A stretch of 63,838 bases of DNA, the filler included, from Olpidium bornovanus S191 (Eukaryota > Fungi > Olpidiomycota), in NCBI GenBank assembly GCA_017911155.1. It is 33 parts of 33 records of this genome, joined end to end, with 100 filler letters (N's around TTAATTAATTAA, not from the genome) between each part and the next. Parts side by side here need not be neighbours in the genome. Positions count along the whole stretch, not along the records: positions 10,888 to 12,613 come from JAEFCI010010323.1; positions 12,714 to 13,856 come from JAEFCI010003329.1; positions 13,957 to 16,909 come from JAEFCI010013436.1; positions 17,010 to 18,021 come from JAEFCI010013045.1; positions 18,122 to 19,854 come from JAEFCI010008194.1; positions 19,955 to 22,266 come from JAEFCI010000719.1; positions 22,367 to 23,663 come from JAEFCI010010203.1; positions 23,764 to 25,085 come from JAEFCI010010107.1; 25 more parts are not named here. The stretch is one strand, 5' to 3'. A model generated the notes under the pieces. The model ran no database searches. It was not told the origin of the DNA and saw nothing but the letters and a program-made list of their open reading frames with translations. Shown here one piece after another: positions 12,525 through 24,037 of this stretch. A program made the position numbers and the translations under genes. Positions within the stretch are counted from its first letter, which is position 1; each line of letters begins with the position of its first letter.

Positions 12525-13106
12525 GGGGGCCGAACAAATCGGAAATTATTGTTACGGCAACTTCGCGTTGACTCTGCCGCATTTATCCGATGATCTGGTT
12601 TCGACACGTCATGNNNNNNNNNNNNNNNNNNNNNNNNNNNNNNNNNNNNNNNNNNNNTTAATTAATTAANNNNNNNNNNNNNNNNNNNNNNNNNNNNNNN
12701 NNNNNNNNNNNNNACCGGCAGGGAATCGCCCGGTAGAAACCGGGGCGCGAGCACGAAGTGCGCGACGCAGGGCACGCGAAATGCGTACTGCACGCGGCGG
12801 CGGCGTTCTGCGGCAGCGCGGCATCCCGGGCATGCCCCGTCGGCGCGGGCCGTGCGGGGGGAGGTTTGCGTCTGGTTTGGAGGAAGACGAAAACTGACGC
12901 GCCGCCTCCGGCTTTGCTCCTCATTTTCTCTCCGAAAAAAAAAGAGAAAATTCCTGCGCGCATTTCCGTCTGCCGCGCCCGCTGCGTCTCCTTCGCGTCC
13001 GCGCCGCTTTCGCCCCGCCCGGGCGCGTTTGCCCCCCTCCCCGCGACCTTTCCCTCCTGACCCTCTTCTCCCCCGGGCACCGTCGCCCGCCGAGCGGCGG
13101 ATCGAA

Positions 13107-13856
13107 ATGGCGGCCGCAGCCTCGCTCTCGCCGTCGTCCGCCGCCGCCGCCTCCCCGGGCGGCGGGACCGTCCCGGACCCGGCCGGCCGCATCGCCGTGA
13201 TCGACCTTTCGCCGCTGTTCGCCCGCTCCGCCGGCGCCGCCGGTCACCCTCCAGCCCTCGTAGACGCCGGCGACCGGGCGGTGCGCGACCTCGCGTCGCG
13301 GGTCCGCGCCGCCTGCGAGACCGCGGGCTGCTTCTACCTCGCGGGGGTCAGCGCCCTACTGCCGGAGGGGTGCCTCGCCTCCCTCGACGCCGCGGCCCGC
13401 GCGTTCTTCAGCCTGCCCCTCAAGAAGAAGATCGCCTGCAGGTTGAAAGGGAACCCGTTCGGCAGGGGTTACCTCCCGTACAAGACCGAGAACGCCAGCG
13501 CCTTCATGGGCCGCGCCGGCTTCCCCAACGACCCCGTCGAGAAGTTCTGCGTCGGCCCCGTGGAACCTTGCCCGGACCCCGAGCTGCTCCTCGCGCACCC
13601 GACCGCCGCGGAGTGGTGGGAACCGAACGTCTGGCCCGAGGAGCCGCCGGACTTCCGGCGAGCCGTCTCGGATTACCACCGGGCGATGAAGCGCATCGCC
13701 GACGTCCTGATGGCCCTCTTTTCCGTCGCGCTGGACATGGACTCGGACTTCGTGCAGCGCCATTTCGAGAGGGGCCCGCACAGTTTGAAGATCAATTACT
13801 ACCCTCCGGTTTCTGCGCCGAGGGCCAACGACGTCCAAACCCGGCTCGGCGAGCAC
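13107..13856 (+). CDS. 2-oxoglutarate/Fe(II)-dependent dioxygenase (IPNS/DIOX_N family), 3'-truncated
   Basis: IAVIDLSPL...RAACETAGCFYLAG; FFSLPLKKKIA; GRGY; PNVWP..PPDFR; LKINYYPP; ends RLGEH at the first His of the expected HxD motif. No intron over 750 nt. Confidence 0.9.
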
Positions 13857-14247
13857 NNNNNNNNNNNNNNNNNNNNNNNNNNNNNNNNNNNNNNNNNNNN
13901 TTAATTAATTAANNNNNNNNNNNNNNNNNNNNNNNNNNNNNNNNNNNNNNNNNNNNCATGAAGGCTCGCTGTAGCTTATATCCGTCGTTGAGAGAAAAGT
14001 TTGAACATTCCAAAACTGGAGGCCGCCGAATGGCACCGAATTCTTCGAAAGGAACGTACGGTCAATAGGGTCGTTGAGCGATCGATCCCAAATTTGAAAA
14101 AGCAATATAGGATTAACAATCCTGGGACTAAAAAATTCTAACGGAATGCGCAACGAAGGAACATTCGGTATGCAAAAACGGCATGAAGGCAAATCATCAT
14201 GTACTCTCTGTACGAAACAAGAGGTGGCACTGTACAAGCTCGGCGAG

Positions 14248-15560
14248 TCACGCGTCGTTCGCCTTCCTCTGAATATACGGCTTTCCGCTGTCCTCGGTTT
14301 TGAGTTTGGGAGGCTTGAACGTCGACCCTTTCAGTTTCTTTCCGCCCCTGCTCTTTGCGTTGAAATCTCTCCAATTGCTAACGCGCTGCTCCCGGCCCTG
14401 CTCCCAGTTTTGCCGCTCCTCCATCTTACGCTTGCGCTCTTTCATCATCTCCTCGTTCTTTCGCGCCTCCTCGCCCTCCTCCCGCAGCTTCGCCTGCAGC
14501 TGCCTGCGCCGCCTGAGTTCGTCCTCAATGAGGATAGATTTGGTTTGGGCCATCACCTCGTCCTCGAACTCCTGCGTGTCTAGGACAGGATCGTTGGCGG
14601 ACAGCTTGCGTTTTTTGATTAGATGCGCCCGCGCTTCTGATATCGTCGCGTTCAACGCGCTACGCTTTTCCTCGTCGTGCAGGTCCGACTCGGCTGCCTT
14701 GAGACTGCGCGAGAACAGCCGGCGCGCCGGTTTTTATAACGGAGCCGAATCCTCAAGAAGTTTAGCGCTGATTAACGCGATGGAAAAGCGCGTTGTATCG
14801 AGCCTGAACCGCCGAAAAAAACTTGCACTCACATCGCAAAGGCTTCCTCCGCCCTCGGGTGTTTGCATTTGTCGGGATGCAAAAGGAGAGACTTCTTCCG
14901 GTACTGCCGCCGCGAAAAATTACATCAGGAGGGGTCGGGTGGGCGCGGGGAATTACAAATGCTTCACGGCGGCCCGAACCTGCTTCTTGATGTCGTTCGG
15001 CGTGCAGTTGACAGAGAGATCTAAAATTGCGTAAGGATTCAGCTACGGGGCAAACGGGCCTTTTAGTTTGTGCGGTTCCTGTTTCTTCGGGGACACGGTC
15101 CGCGTCGTGCTCCACGGCTCGCTAACCGCGAGACTGGAAGAGGGAGGGGAGAGAGAGCGGAGAGAGAGCGAGAGGCAGCGTAGGCAAAAAACAAACGTTT
15201 TCACCGTGGAAAGGTACGCCGTGGTAAGAGAACAGGAGCACACACCCTAAGCGCCCACCGTCAGCGTTCACCCAAGCGGTTCACGCTCGTCTACCTCGTC
15301 CCTCTCCCTGCAGCTCCCACCCTTTTTCCAAAACACGGGCAAAAAAAGACGGAAGCGATAGAGATGTCTACCGCTCGCCGCCGTGGAGATGCCGGGGGGA
15401 GGGAGGGTGGGGGGGAAAGGGTGGGAGGGGCGATGAGAGATTGGCCTTACTTTCTTTCCACTTTCTGTTCCCTTACCTTAAATGCAGCGAGCACCCGCTC
15501 CACCTCCTGGTCCCGCACGACCTGCGAAAAGTACTGGTCGAGGTCGTCGGCGTCGTCCAT
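14248..15560 (-). CDS. DNAJC8: DnaJ homolog subfamily C member 8 (Spf31-like J-protein), 4 exons
   Basis: MDDADDLDQYF...EVERVLAAFK/LNPYAILDLSVNCTPNDIKKQ/YRKKSLLLHPDKCKHPRAEEAF (HPD motif)/...LIEDELRRRRQL...WEQGREQRVSNWRDF...FKPPKLKTED. Confidence 0.92.
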
Positions 15561-18500
15561 CTCGTCTGCAGCGCGCGGGTTGTCCCTGTTATCGTTTTGG
15601 GTGGCGGACGGAGATCTTCCGCCGGGACAGGCGGGCGAGAGTCCCGCGTGTGCCTCCTCCTCGGGGCCGAACCGCCCCGAGCCGGCACACGAGCTCACGT
15701 GACCAGACAGCAGAACTGCGCCGCCTCCGCTCCCGGCGCTCTGCACGCCCGCAGCGCAGGGCTGGCGGCAATCTGCGGGCCAGCGCGCGAGCTGCGCGAA
15801 GTACGGAAACCAGCAGAGGATTTCTTAGGACGTCGATCTGTTTCAAAGCGGGTTGCTTTGCGCCGAGAGCATTGGTTTATCCTGCCCCTGGTTGGTGCGG
15901 GCGGGCGGTTGGTCCCGTCGGCAGCGCAAACTGTTTGGAAACACTGAAAGAAAATGCTGGATAGGAGGGATTGTCCGCCTAAGAGAAACAAAACACGGAG
16001 AGAAATGTGGAGCTAAATATCAAAGAGGGGCCTGCTGGATGTAAGCGTCGGCCGTTTGTCGCCGAAAAGGAGAAGTGGGAGCAAACGAAAAGTAAAACTC
16101 GCCAGGGAGCAGGTTTATCCTCGCAATGGACGAGCGTTCGACTGATCCGGCTTTACTCCGCCCATTCCGGCCGATAGATCGATAGGATTGATTGGGAGGG
16201 CGATGAGCATGTCATCGGCGTCCCGCGAAGGGTTGGGGCGCACATACGGTTGACAAGAAACGGCGATTCTGTTGAAAATTCAAATATGGCAATGCACCCA
16301 GTGGGACAAGCAGCTTTTCTTCGCTTGAAGGAGCCACTGCAGCGATCTGTGGACATTTTCTTTCGATGTTGAACGAATCGCTGATCAGATACGAACGGAA
16401 GGAGTTGCAAGCCCAAACGACGGCAAGTACCCCTTTCACCCATCAAATACTTCAGCTCAGCATGCTTAAACGAGTGAGAAGCATAGGGATCATGCTATTG
16501 GCCATCAGCGCCCATCTGCGTGATGCGGAATTTTCACGAGAAATCATGGAGATTCGAGACGGGAGCAACCGTCAAGGACGTCTTTAAAGCTTGAAGGCGC
16601 GTTGATGCTCAGGGAGTCATCGAAATACAAAAAATAGCGCAGTGAATTGACGAGCGCGCCCAATCCGGTCGGTCCAGAGCTTTCCTCGCCTGGTCTCTTA
16701 AGGGAGCCGTCTCCGTGATATTTTCGTAAAAATCTCCTCATCAGGGGATGGTTTTTTTTGCGTATTGCGGAGGCGCTGTATCTGTGAGGTTTCGTTGCCC
16801 TCGCGGACTGTTTAGGAATGGGTTGGCGCGCTGTCTTTTGACGACGTAGAAGTTGGAAATGCTACTACACGTATTCTATTTACATTAGATATTGGGAATG
16901 GAAGTCATGNNNNNNNNNNNNNNNNNNNNNNNNNNNNNNNNNNNNNNNNNNNNTTAATTAATTAANNNNNNNNNNNNNNNNNNNNNNNNNNNNNNNNNNN
17001 NNNNNNNNNAGCAGAGGACTGCGCATTGTAAGATTTTTTTGGTGCTCGTTTTCTTTCCATTTCCTGGCAGTCTTCCTCTGTGAAACTTTGGTGGAAATGG
17101 CAAGCCGCTTCACGGGATTCTTCTGCCATGAAGAAGCCGAGCGCACTTCGAAAACGGTGAGGCCAAACTGTCGTTTGCCGTGCTCCCCAGGCGCACAGGC
17201 GAACGGAGTCAGCGTCTTGCGCCTGGGAGACCTACCTGCGCGCTGGTTCGCCCGGTAGTCTGGCACAAGGAAATGACCAGCGTGAACTCAGCAACGGCGT
17301 GAAATATTTTTCTTGCCGAAGTGCACGTGCAGGTTCAGTTTAGCGAATATTTCGCCGCCGACATTTCGGTCAGTTTCTGGCGGCGACTGTCGCTCGACTG
17401 TCCCTGTCGCCGCCGTAAATAACGGCTGGGAGAATTGCGCAGCGTTACTTGGTTCACGGCAATCCCTTGTGCCCCCTGTCCGCAAAGAGCTGAAACGTGA
17501 CTATCACGGGGGGGGGGGGAAGGGGGAAAAGATCAGGTCAGCGCGCAGGCGTCGGCAGCGAAAACACAAGCCCGGTCTGAAGTGAGAAAAGGGGCAGACC
17601 CGTTCGCCCGGCTCCGCCGTGGCGCGCACCTGGCTCACAACGAAAACTTCCAGATCGTCGGCCCCGGCCGCCGGCGCGCGAAAGGTGATCACCTGCAACG
17701 TGTAGTGCGTGCGCCACCGTTACTTGGCAGGGACGATAAGAGGGACAGAGCTCCGGCCGTTCGTGTATCTTCAAAGGCGGGGAGCAGCACGATACGGCGG
17801 CAAATGCCTCCGATGCGCGCCCTCGTAGCCGTGCGTTACTTAATGGTATATGCTTGCGGTTGCAAATTCATCATTCAACCGGAAGATCTGGTATCTCAAT
17901 GCCATGCGTCGATGGAAGCTTGCCCTGTGGCGGCAAGCAGACGGTAGTTAAGTGAGCTTTGCCGAAGCTCGAATCTTAGGTCAGTTTCCGGCTCCGTCGG
18001 TTTTTGTTGTGTACGTCAGCCNNNNNNNNNNNNNNNNNNNNNNNNNNNNNNNNNNNNNNNNNNNNTTAATTAATTAANNNNNNNNNNNNNNNNNNNNNNN
18101 NNNNNNNNNNNNNNNNNNNNNCCATGGCGACGCGGCACCGGATGTCTGCACGAGGTGAAGTGACACGGACCACCCGAAACATAGTGCCCAGCACCGTTGG
18201 GGTGCAGGCCACCGTCCGAACCGCGTGGGCGTGCTTTTGGTTTTTTTGGTTGGCACGCGAGTTCGGGCGGAGAACGGCTACCTCGCTGAAAATAACGCGA
18301 GGGCCCGGGGCCCGGCCGCCGCAGCCCGGTCGACCCCTGGGTGAAAATCCGCTTTCCCCGCTTTCGCCGCCAGCCCAGGCCAGGGGCGCGGCGTTAGCAT
18401 AAAGTCGCCAATGATGGGGGAATTTAGTCGGATCAAATTTATCTGATTTGAGGTGCAAACATGTTTTTAATGCAGCCCTGGCGCTCTCTCCTGAGCCCAG

Positions 18501-19220
18501 GACGGTCCCAAGCCCGTGTAAATGCAGAGGGAAAAAGATGTTTTGCGGTTTTTTTTTTTTTTTTTTTTTTCGTTTTCGTTTCCCCCCCCCCCCCGTCCCC
18601 CGTATCGGAAAGGGCCGCGTCATTCGGGCTGCGTGGCGGTGGCGGTGGCGGCGCCGGCGGCGGGACCGACGACGGCACGGCGAGGTTTCTGAAAAAAGCG
18701 GAAAACGTTTGAGGCTTTCTTTCTTTTTTTTTTTTCGCGACAGGCAGGGGGGTGGGAGGTTTTATGTACATTGAAATAGTTTGCGCGCTGGAAAGATTGG
18801 GGTAGTGGGGGGGGAGAGAGAAAACGCGAGGGGGGTTGGAGATCAAAGCCGGGAAAAAAAACGAGAGAGTTGAGAGATCAGATGGCCCTTGGAAAAAAAA
18901 GACTCAAACAAATAAACAAAAAAAAGAAAAACGCGAAGGGACATGGCGAGAATTTGCTTACGAAGAGAGGCCGGAAAAAAAGAAGCGATGGAACGTGTGG
19001 AAAACCAGAGCAAATGTACAAGGAAGAGAAAAAGTAAAAAAAAAAAAAAAAAGAAAAAAAGGAAGAGAAAAGATAAAGGACGACGAAAGAAAAAACGTCG
19101 CCCATTCGGCAAAAGGGAAAAGAGCACCAAAAAAAATATCTCGCGAAGGATTTTTCTTTTTTTTGGCCCGGTCGGCGTTTAACAGGGGAACGCGGACTGG
19201 CGTTGCGCCCCTTCTGCCGC

Positions 19221-19854
19221 TTATCCGCCAGTACTCTCCGCCTGCTGCCTGTTCGACAACGACGGCCTCTCGTCCTGCACGAATCGCGCTGCCGCGCTCT
19301 CGTCTTCGGCGTCCCGCATTTTTGCCGTCGGCAGGTCGTGTGCGACGCCGGGCGACGTGACCGACGAGGACACGGTTGCCGACGGCGACACCATCGTGGT
19401 GGACGGCGACCCCTGAGGACTAGTGGGAGCATCGGATATCCGGTCTCCCTCGTCCTCTTCTTCTTCCTCCTCCACCTCCGCTTCCTCCTCCTCCTCCTCC
19501 TCCTCCTCCTCCTCCTCCTCCTCCGCCACCTCTTCGCTATCCTCGCTTCCGCCTTCCTCCTCCGGACCTTCGGAGCTCACCCCGAGGCCGGGCTCAGGGA
19601 TGCCCTTCGCCCTCCTTTCCATCTTCCCGGCAAACTCCAGAGCCGACGCGGGGACGGGCGGGTACAGCCCCGGCGGAGCCGGAAGAACGTCGAACTCCTG
19701 CCAGTCGTAGTCCGCGCATCGGTTCGCCCCCGGCATGTCCTGGATCATTTTGGCCACGACCGCTTGCGACAGGCCGTAGTATTCGGGGCCGGACACGGAG
19801 TTGAACCCGGCTTTGCGGCGGACGGCGTTCGACTCCTTCAGCACCAGCGACCAC
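19221..19854 (-). CDS. FY-rich C-terminal (FYRC) domain chromatin protein, TBRG1-like, 3' fragment with poly-Glu tract
   Basis: NSVSGPEYYGLSQAVVAKMIQDMPGANRCADYDWQEF matches the FYRC consensus (SGPxxFGL...I.xLPGAxxCxxY). An acidic (GAG)n tract follows. Confidence 0.8.
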
Positions 19855-19954
19855 NNNNNNNNNNNNNNNNNNNNNNNNNNNNNNNNNNNNNNNNNNNNTT
19901 AATTAATTAANNNNNNNNNNNNNNNNNNNNNNNNNNNNNNNNNNNNNNNNNNNN

Positions 19955-20701
19955 CATGATCCTGTCATACCGGATAGCCTCCTCCTGACACTTCTTGATC
20001 GTGCCTGCCGCGTGCAGAACGCGCATTATGCAGGGGACGCCGCGGATCTCCTTGACCAAAGTCACGGCCGCCCACAGCTTGCGGGTGTGGTCTCGGCTGG
20101 CGCGGATGATGCATAGGTCCGTGTACGGGTTGAAATACCTGACTGGCGACGGCGTCCGCGCAGGGCGGGACCCAGGCGGCCGCAGAGACATGCCTTGTTA
20201 AATGTGATCAGCTTCCGCCAACGCCGTTTGCGCACGCCGAGCGGCCCGTCTGGCGAGGGCGAGGGCGTTGGGGAGGGAAGATCTATAGGTGCCGACCACC
20301 CCACCGCAAAAGCAGCCACGGCGTCGTTGGTGGGGGGTCGGGGCCGGATCGACCAAGCAACAAAAGCGACAGCGCGGCGCGACGTCGGTCGATGAACGCC
20401 GCACCGCCATCTAAACCAGCGGGCCGTTCGGCCTGCCGCCGGGGAGGGAGGAAGCAGATGTCTGCAAATTGGGCCTTGGTCGCGCGTGCACAAGGGGCGG
20501 GTAACGTTCGGCGGCGCCGAGATTTTTACCTCCAAAGGTCGCAAGGATGCCCGCGCCGTAGTCGCCAAAGTTGAGCTGCAGCGAGTCCCGCACGACGTGG
20601 AATATGGCGCTCTGGTTGTAACCGACCGGCGAGGGCCCCGGCGGCGAAGGCGACTCAAAGACGACCTCGACGAGGAGGTAGCGGTTTTTTATCCTGACCA
20701 T
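19955..20701 (-). CDS. POP5: RNase P/MRP subunit Pop5, 3'-truncated
   Basis: MVRIKNRYLLVEV...IFHVVRDSLQLNFGDYGAG and VRYFNPYTDLCIIRASRDHTRKLWAAVTLVKEI...LHAAGTIKKCQ. Confidence 0.92.
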
Positions 20702-21205
20702 TTTTTTTTTTTTTTTGCCCTGCGTTCTCCCAGAATCTACCAGCAAGCGCGCCACAACGAACGGTGCTTTCCCGGCGGCCGAAACACACCAATCAACCCA
20801 TCGAGGGACGAACGCCAAAGCAGCGCCGGCGGAATTGTGCCGCGGTGAGAAGCAGCAAGTGGGCCTGGCCATTCCCCCCCCCCCTTCTCCGGGGCACTCA
20901 AACTCCGCCTTTTGGTTTGAAGCAAACGCGCTCACTCACCGCGCCCCGATCTAATCGTTCTTGGGCGGATGGGCGGGCGGGCGGGCGGTGTTGGTTGCGG
21001 GCAGACTGCGTTTCTTTCCTGGCCCCGTTTCGCCGGCAGCCAGAGAATAACGAACGAGGCGGGGGTGCTGGTCACGTGCTCTCCAAGCGGGATTTTCCTT
21101 TTTTTATTTTATTTCCTTTTTTTTTTGCTCTTCCCGCGCCGCGCCGTACCCGCTCGCACAAACCGTCTCTTCCGCAACAAAACCCGCCTGCGTCTTCACT
21201 CCGCC

Positions 21206-22224
21206 ATGGCTCTGCGTGAGTATGTCCGCCCCGTCTCCCGAACAGCAAGTGTGCTTGGGGCGGTGCTGTCGTGTCCGCAGACCCGTGTTTGCGTGTCCCG
21301 TTCTGCGCGCGGAGACCGCCGCCGCGCCGGCGTCTTGTGCGCTCCTGGCGCCTGCGTACGGCGGCCCCGCCCGCCGCGTCCCCCGAAAGACGGCGACTAC
21401 GTCCGCTGCACTCCCATCGCGCGCGTGCCTCCGCGCCGTGCAAAAGCTTTTGCGGTTGCTGTCCCGGTCGCCTTTTGCCCCTGGCTGACACTGGCGCTCC
21501 GTCGCCCGATTTGCCTGACCGTGGATCTCCTCTGCCGCCTTCCCCTCTCCCCTCTCCCTTCCCCCCCCCCCTTTTTCCCGACCCCAAACTCAGGCGCCCA
21601 GTTCGAGAATTCCAATGAAGTTGGTGTTTTTTCACGCATCACGAACTCGTACTGCATTGTGGCGCTAGGCGGTTCTGAGAACTTCTACAGGTGAGAGTCG
21701 CTTGAACGTCGTGTGCATCCCGCCTGTCCCCTTGCCAGACGTCACGATCTGCCCCTGACGCGGGAACCGCCCGTTTGGTTTGCAGCGTGTTCGAGAGCGA
21801 GCTCGCGGACTCGATACCGGTGGTACACGCCTCCGTCGCCGGCTCCCGCATCATCGGGACGTTGACAACCGGCAACCGCCACGGCCTGCTGCTGCCAAAT
21901 ACCACCACCGACCAGGAGCTGCAGCACCTGCGAAACAGCCTGCCGGACTCGGTTGCCATACAGCGCGTCGAGGAACGGCTGTCCGCCCTCGGCAACGTCA
22001 TCTCTTGCAACGACTACGTCGCCCTCGTGCACCCGGACGTAGACCGTGAGACGGAGGAGATCATCGCCGACGTCCTCAAGGTGGAGGTGTTCCGGCAGAC
22101 CGTCGCGGACCAGGTTCTCGTCGGTTCGTATTGCAGATTCAGCAACCAGGGAGGGATGGTTCACCCAAAAACGACCGTGCAGGACCAGGAAGAGCTCTCT
22201 AGCTTGCTGCAGGTTCCGCTCGTG
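21206..22224 (+). CDS. TIF6: Translation initiation factor eIF6, 3'-truncated
   Basis: A 10-nt first exon (21206-21215) plus exon 2 from 21594 gives [36 protein letters not shown]. Then VFESEL...[12 protein letters not shown]...[22 protein letters not shown]...[17 protein letters not shown]. Confidence 0.98.
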
Positions 22225-22367
22225 GTGAGCCCTCGTTGCCCGGGCATCCCGTCCCACCGATGCATGNNNNNNNNNNNNNNNNNNNNNNNNNNNNNNNNNN
22301 NNNNNNNNNNTTAATTAATTAANNNNNNNNNNNNNNNNNNNNNNNNNNNNNNNNNNNNNNNNNNNNC

Positions 22368-22985
22368 ATGGACTCGGTCAAGAATAATGATCGTCACCGG
22401 AAATATCTCTCGCACATGTCCGCTTACGGGGGTCCGGTGGTCGCCGTCGTGGGCGGCGACGATGGCGTCAAAACTGTCTGCACCGCGAACTTTGATAATT
22501 GTCACCCCGTCACCGAGATGGTGCCTTACAAAAACCGTCGGAAGTTGATGGCGGTCATGTCAGCGCTCATAAAATTCTTCGGACCCGGCACCCCGGCGGC
22601 GCGCGACTTCACCGGCGGCACGAGTCAAGGCATCTTGCCCGCAGATCCGCAAGTCTCCGGCGCCGGCCCCGACCTCCAACGAGACATTCCGGAAAGGTTG
22701 GCGAAGTGGCTGCGCGTGTTCGCAAAGATCCTGCGGGTAGGCCTCGCCAATAAGCTGCAACTCTCGGATCTGTCCGCGATAGTCGACGAGCGGCGCCGCT
22801 GGGTACATCGCCTGCAAATGTTGAACGAAGTGCTGGAACGTCTGTTTATGAGCACAATCGCGAAACGGAGCAAGGAGATGCGTGCGCTTTCTGTTCATTT
22901 CGATAGCCTGGTACAGCATTTGCAGGATCCTGGAGCGCTTTATGGTGACCCGGCCTTCGACGACTCTGATTCGGACGGCCCTTAG
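22368..22985 (+). CDS. Intronless orphan ORF (205 aa, probably 5'-truncated)
   Basis: Open from the contig start. Composition is protein-like with a helical C-terminal half (ERRRWVHRLQMLNEVLERLF). No family recognised. Confidence 0.5.
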   Translation: MDSVKNNDRHRKYLSHMSAYGGPVVAVVGGDDGVKTVCTANFDNCHPVTEMVPYKNRRKLMAVMSALIKFFGPGTPAARDFTGGTSQGILPADPQVSGAGPDLQRDIPERLAKWLRVFAKILRVGLANKLQLSDLSAIVDERRRWVHRLQMLNEVLERLFMSTIAKRSKEMRALSVHFDSLVQHLQDPGALYGDPAFDDSDSDGP

Positions 22986-23087
22986 ACGCCGGCATCTTGG
23001 TCGGGAGCTCGGAACTACGGAAGGGGGAGGGCGTCGCACCCCGCGTTCGGAGGTGTTACACTCGTGCGCGAGCACCGGAGTTTTATC

Positions 23088-23356
23088 CACGTGACACGGA
23101 ACACACCGTTCCCGGTTTGAAGCCGTCAGCAAACAGAACGCCACACGGCGAGGTAAGGACGTGACAAGGTACTATCGTTCCCGGTTTACAGATACTTAGC
23201 AAACAAAACGTAGACTATTTGACCCGCTTTTTCGGTGTCGCCCGCTATTCACCACACGGTGAGGTACGGACGTGACAAGGAAATTATCGTTCCCGGCATA
23301 GAATCTTCTAGCAAACAAAACAGACTATTTGACCCGCATTCACCGCACGGCGAGGT
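23088..23356. repeat. Degenerate tandem repeat, about 3.3 copies of a 70-112 bp unit
   Basis: Recurring blocks CACGGYGAGGT (23144, 23255, 23346), ACGTGAC (23089, 23159, 23270), CGTTCCCGG, AGCAAAC (23128, 23198, 23310) and AGACTATTTGACCCGC (2 copies). Confidence 0.85.
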
Positions 23357-23777
23357 GTATTGTTCCGACGAAGCGATTGCGGTTCCTTTCTTTTTTTTTT
23401 TTTCTGTTGGTTTTTCGTGACCTCTATAGCCGGGACTCGCGGCTGCTCCTTCTCTGACGGCATTTTTTTTTTCCCGCGCGGTCGAGTTGCAGGCGATCGC
23501 GGTCAAAGCGAGCGCCCGTATCCCTCGGGAACTCCCGCTTTGTCTGGGCGAGCTGCCGCTCTCTGCGAACGGGGCCAGGACGAAGAGAAGGGGAGGGACG
23601 CGCGCGTGTGTGTGGGGAGCAGGAGGGGGAGTGGGGGGGGGGGGGGGGGGGCCCCCGCCCCGCNNNNNNNNNNNNNNNNNNNNNNNNNNNNNNNNNNNNN
23701 NNNNNNNTTAATTAATTAANNNNNNNNNNNNNNNNNNNNNNNNNNNNNNNNNNNNNNNNNNNNCCCCCCCCCCCCCG

Positions 23778-23815
<38 letters not shown>

Positions 23816-24037
23816 CCCCCCTCCGTGTGCCCCGCATTCGAAAGTCCAAATCCGTCCAAATCCGTTACAGGATTACGCAAAATTTTCGGACTCATTTCGA
23901 GGCGTTGGGCAACTGGTACCGAGGGCTGCGTTTTATTATTTGGGTTTTTAGGCATTAAACATACATTGCGGCGGCAATTTTCAATTTAAAGTTTTGAGGC
24001 CAGGAAAAAATTATCACGGTCCGGATGACTTTATTTT

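Noticed and set aside
23088-23356. Possible CRISPR-like repeat-spacer array (also considered for 54150-54648)
   Set aside because: Units are degenerate, the intervening sequence is itself repeated rather than unique, the context is eukaryotic and there are no cas genes.
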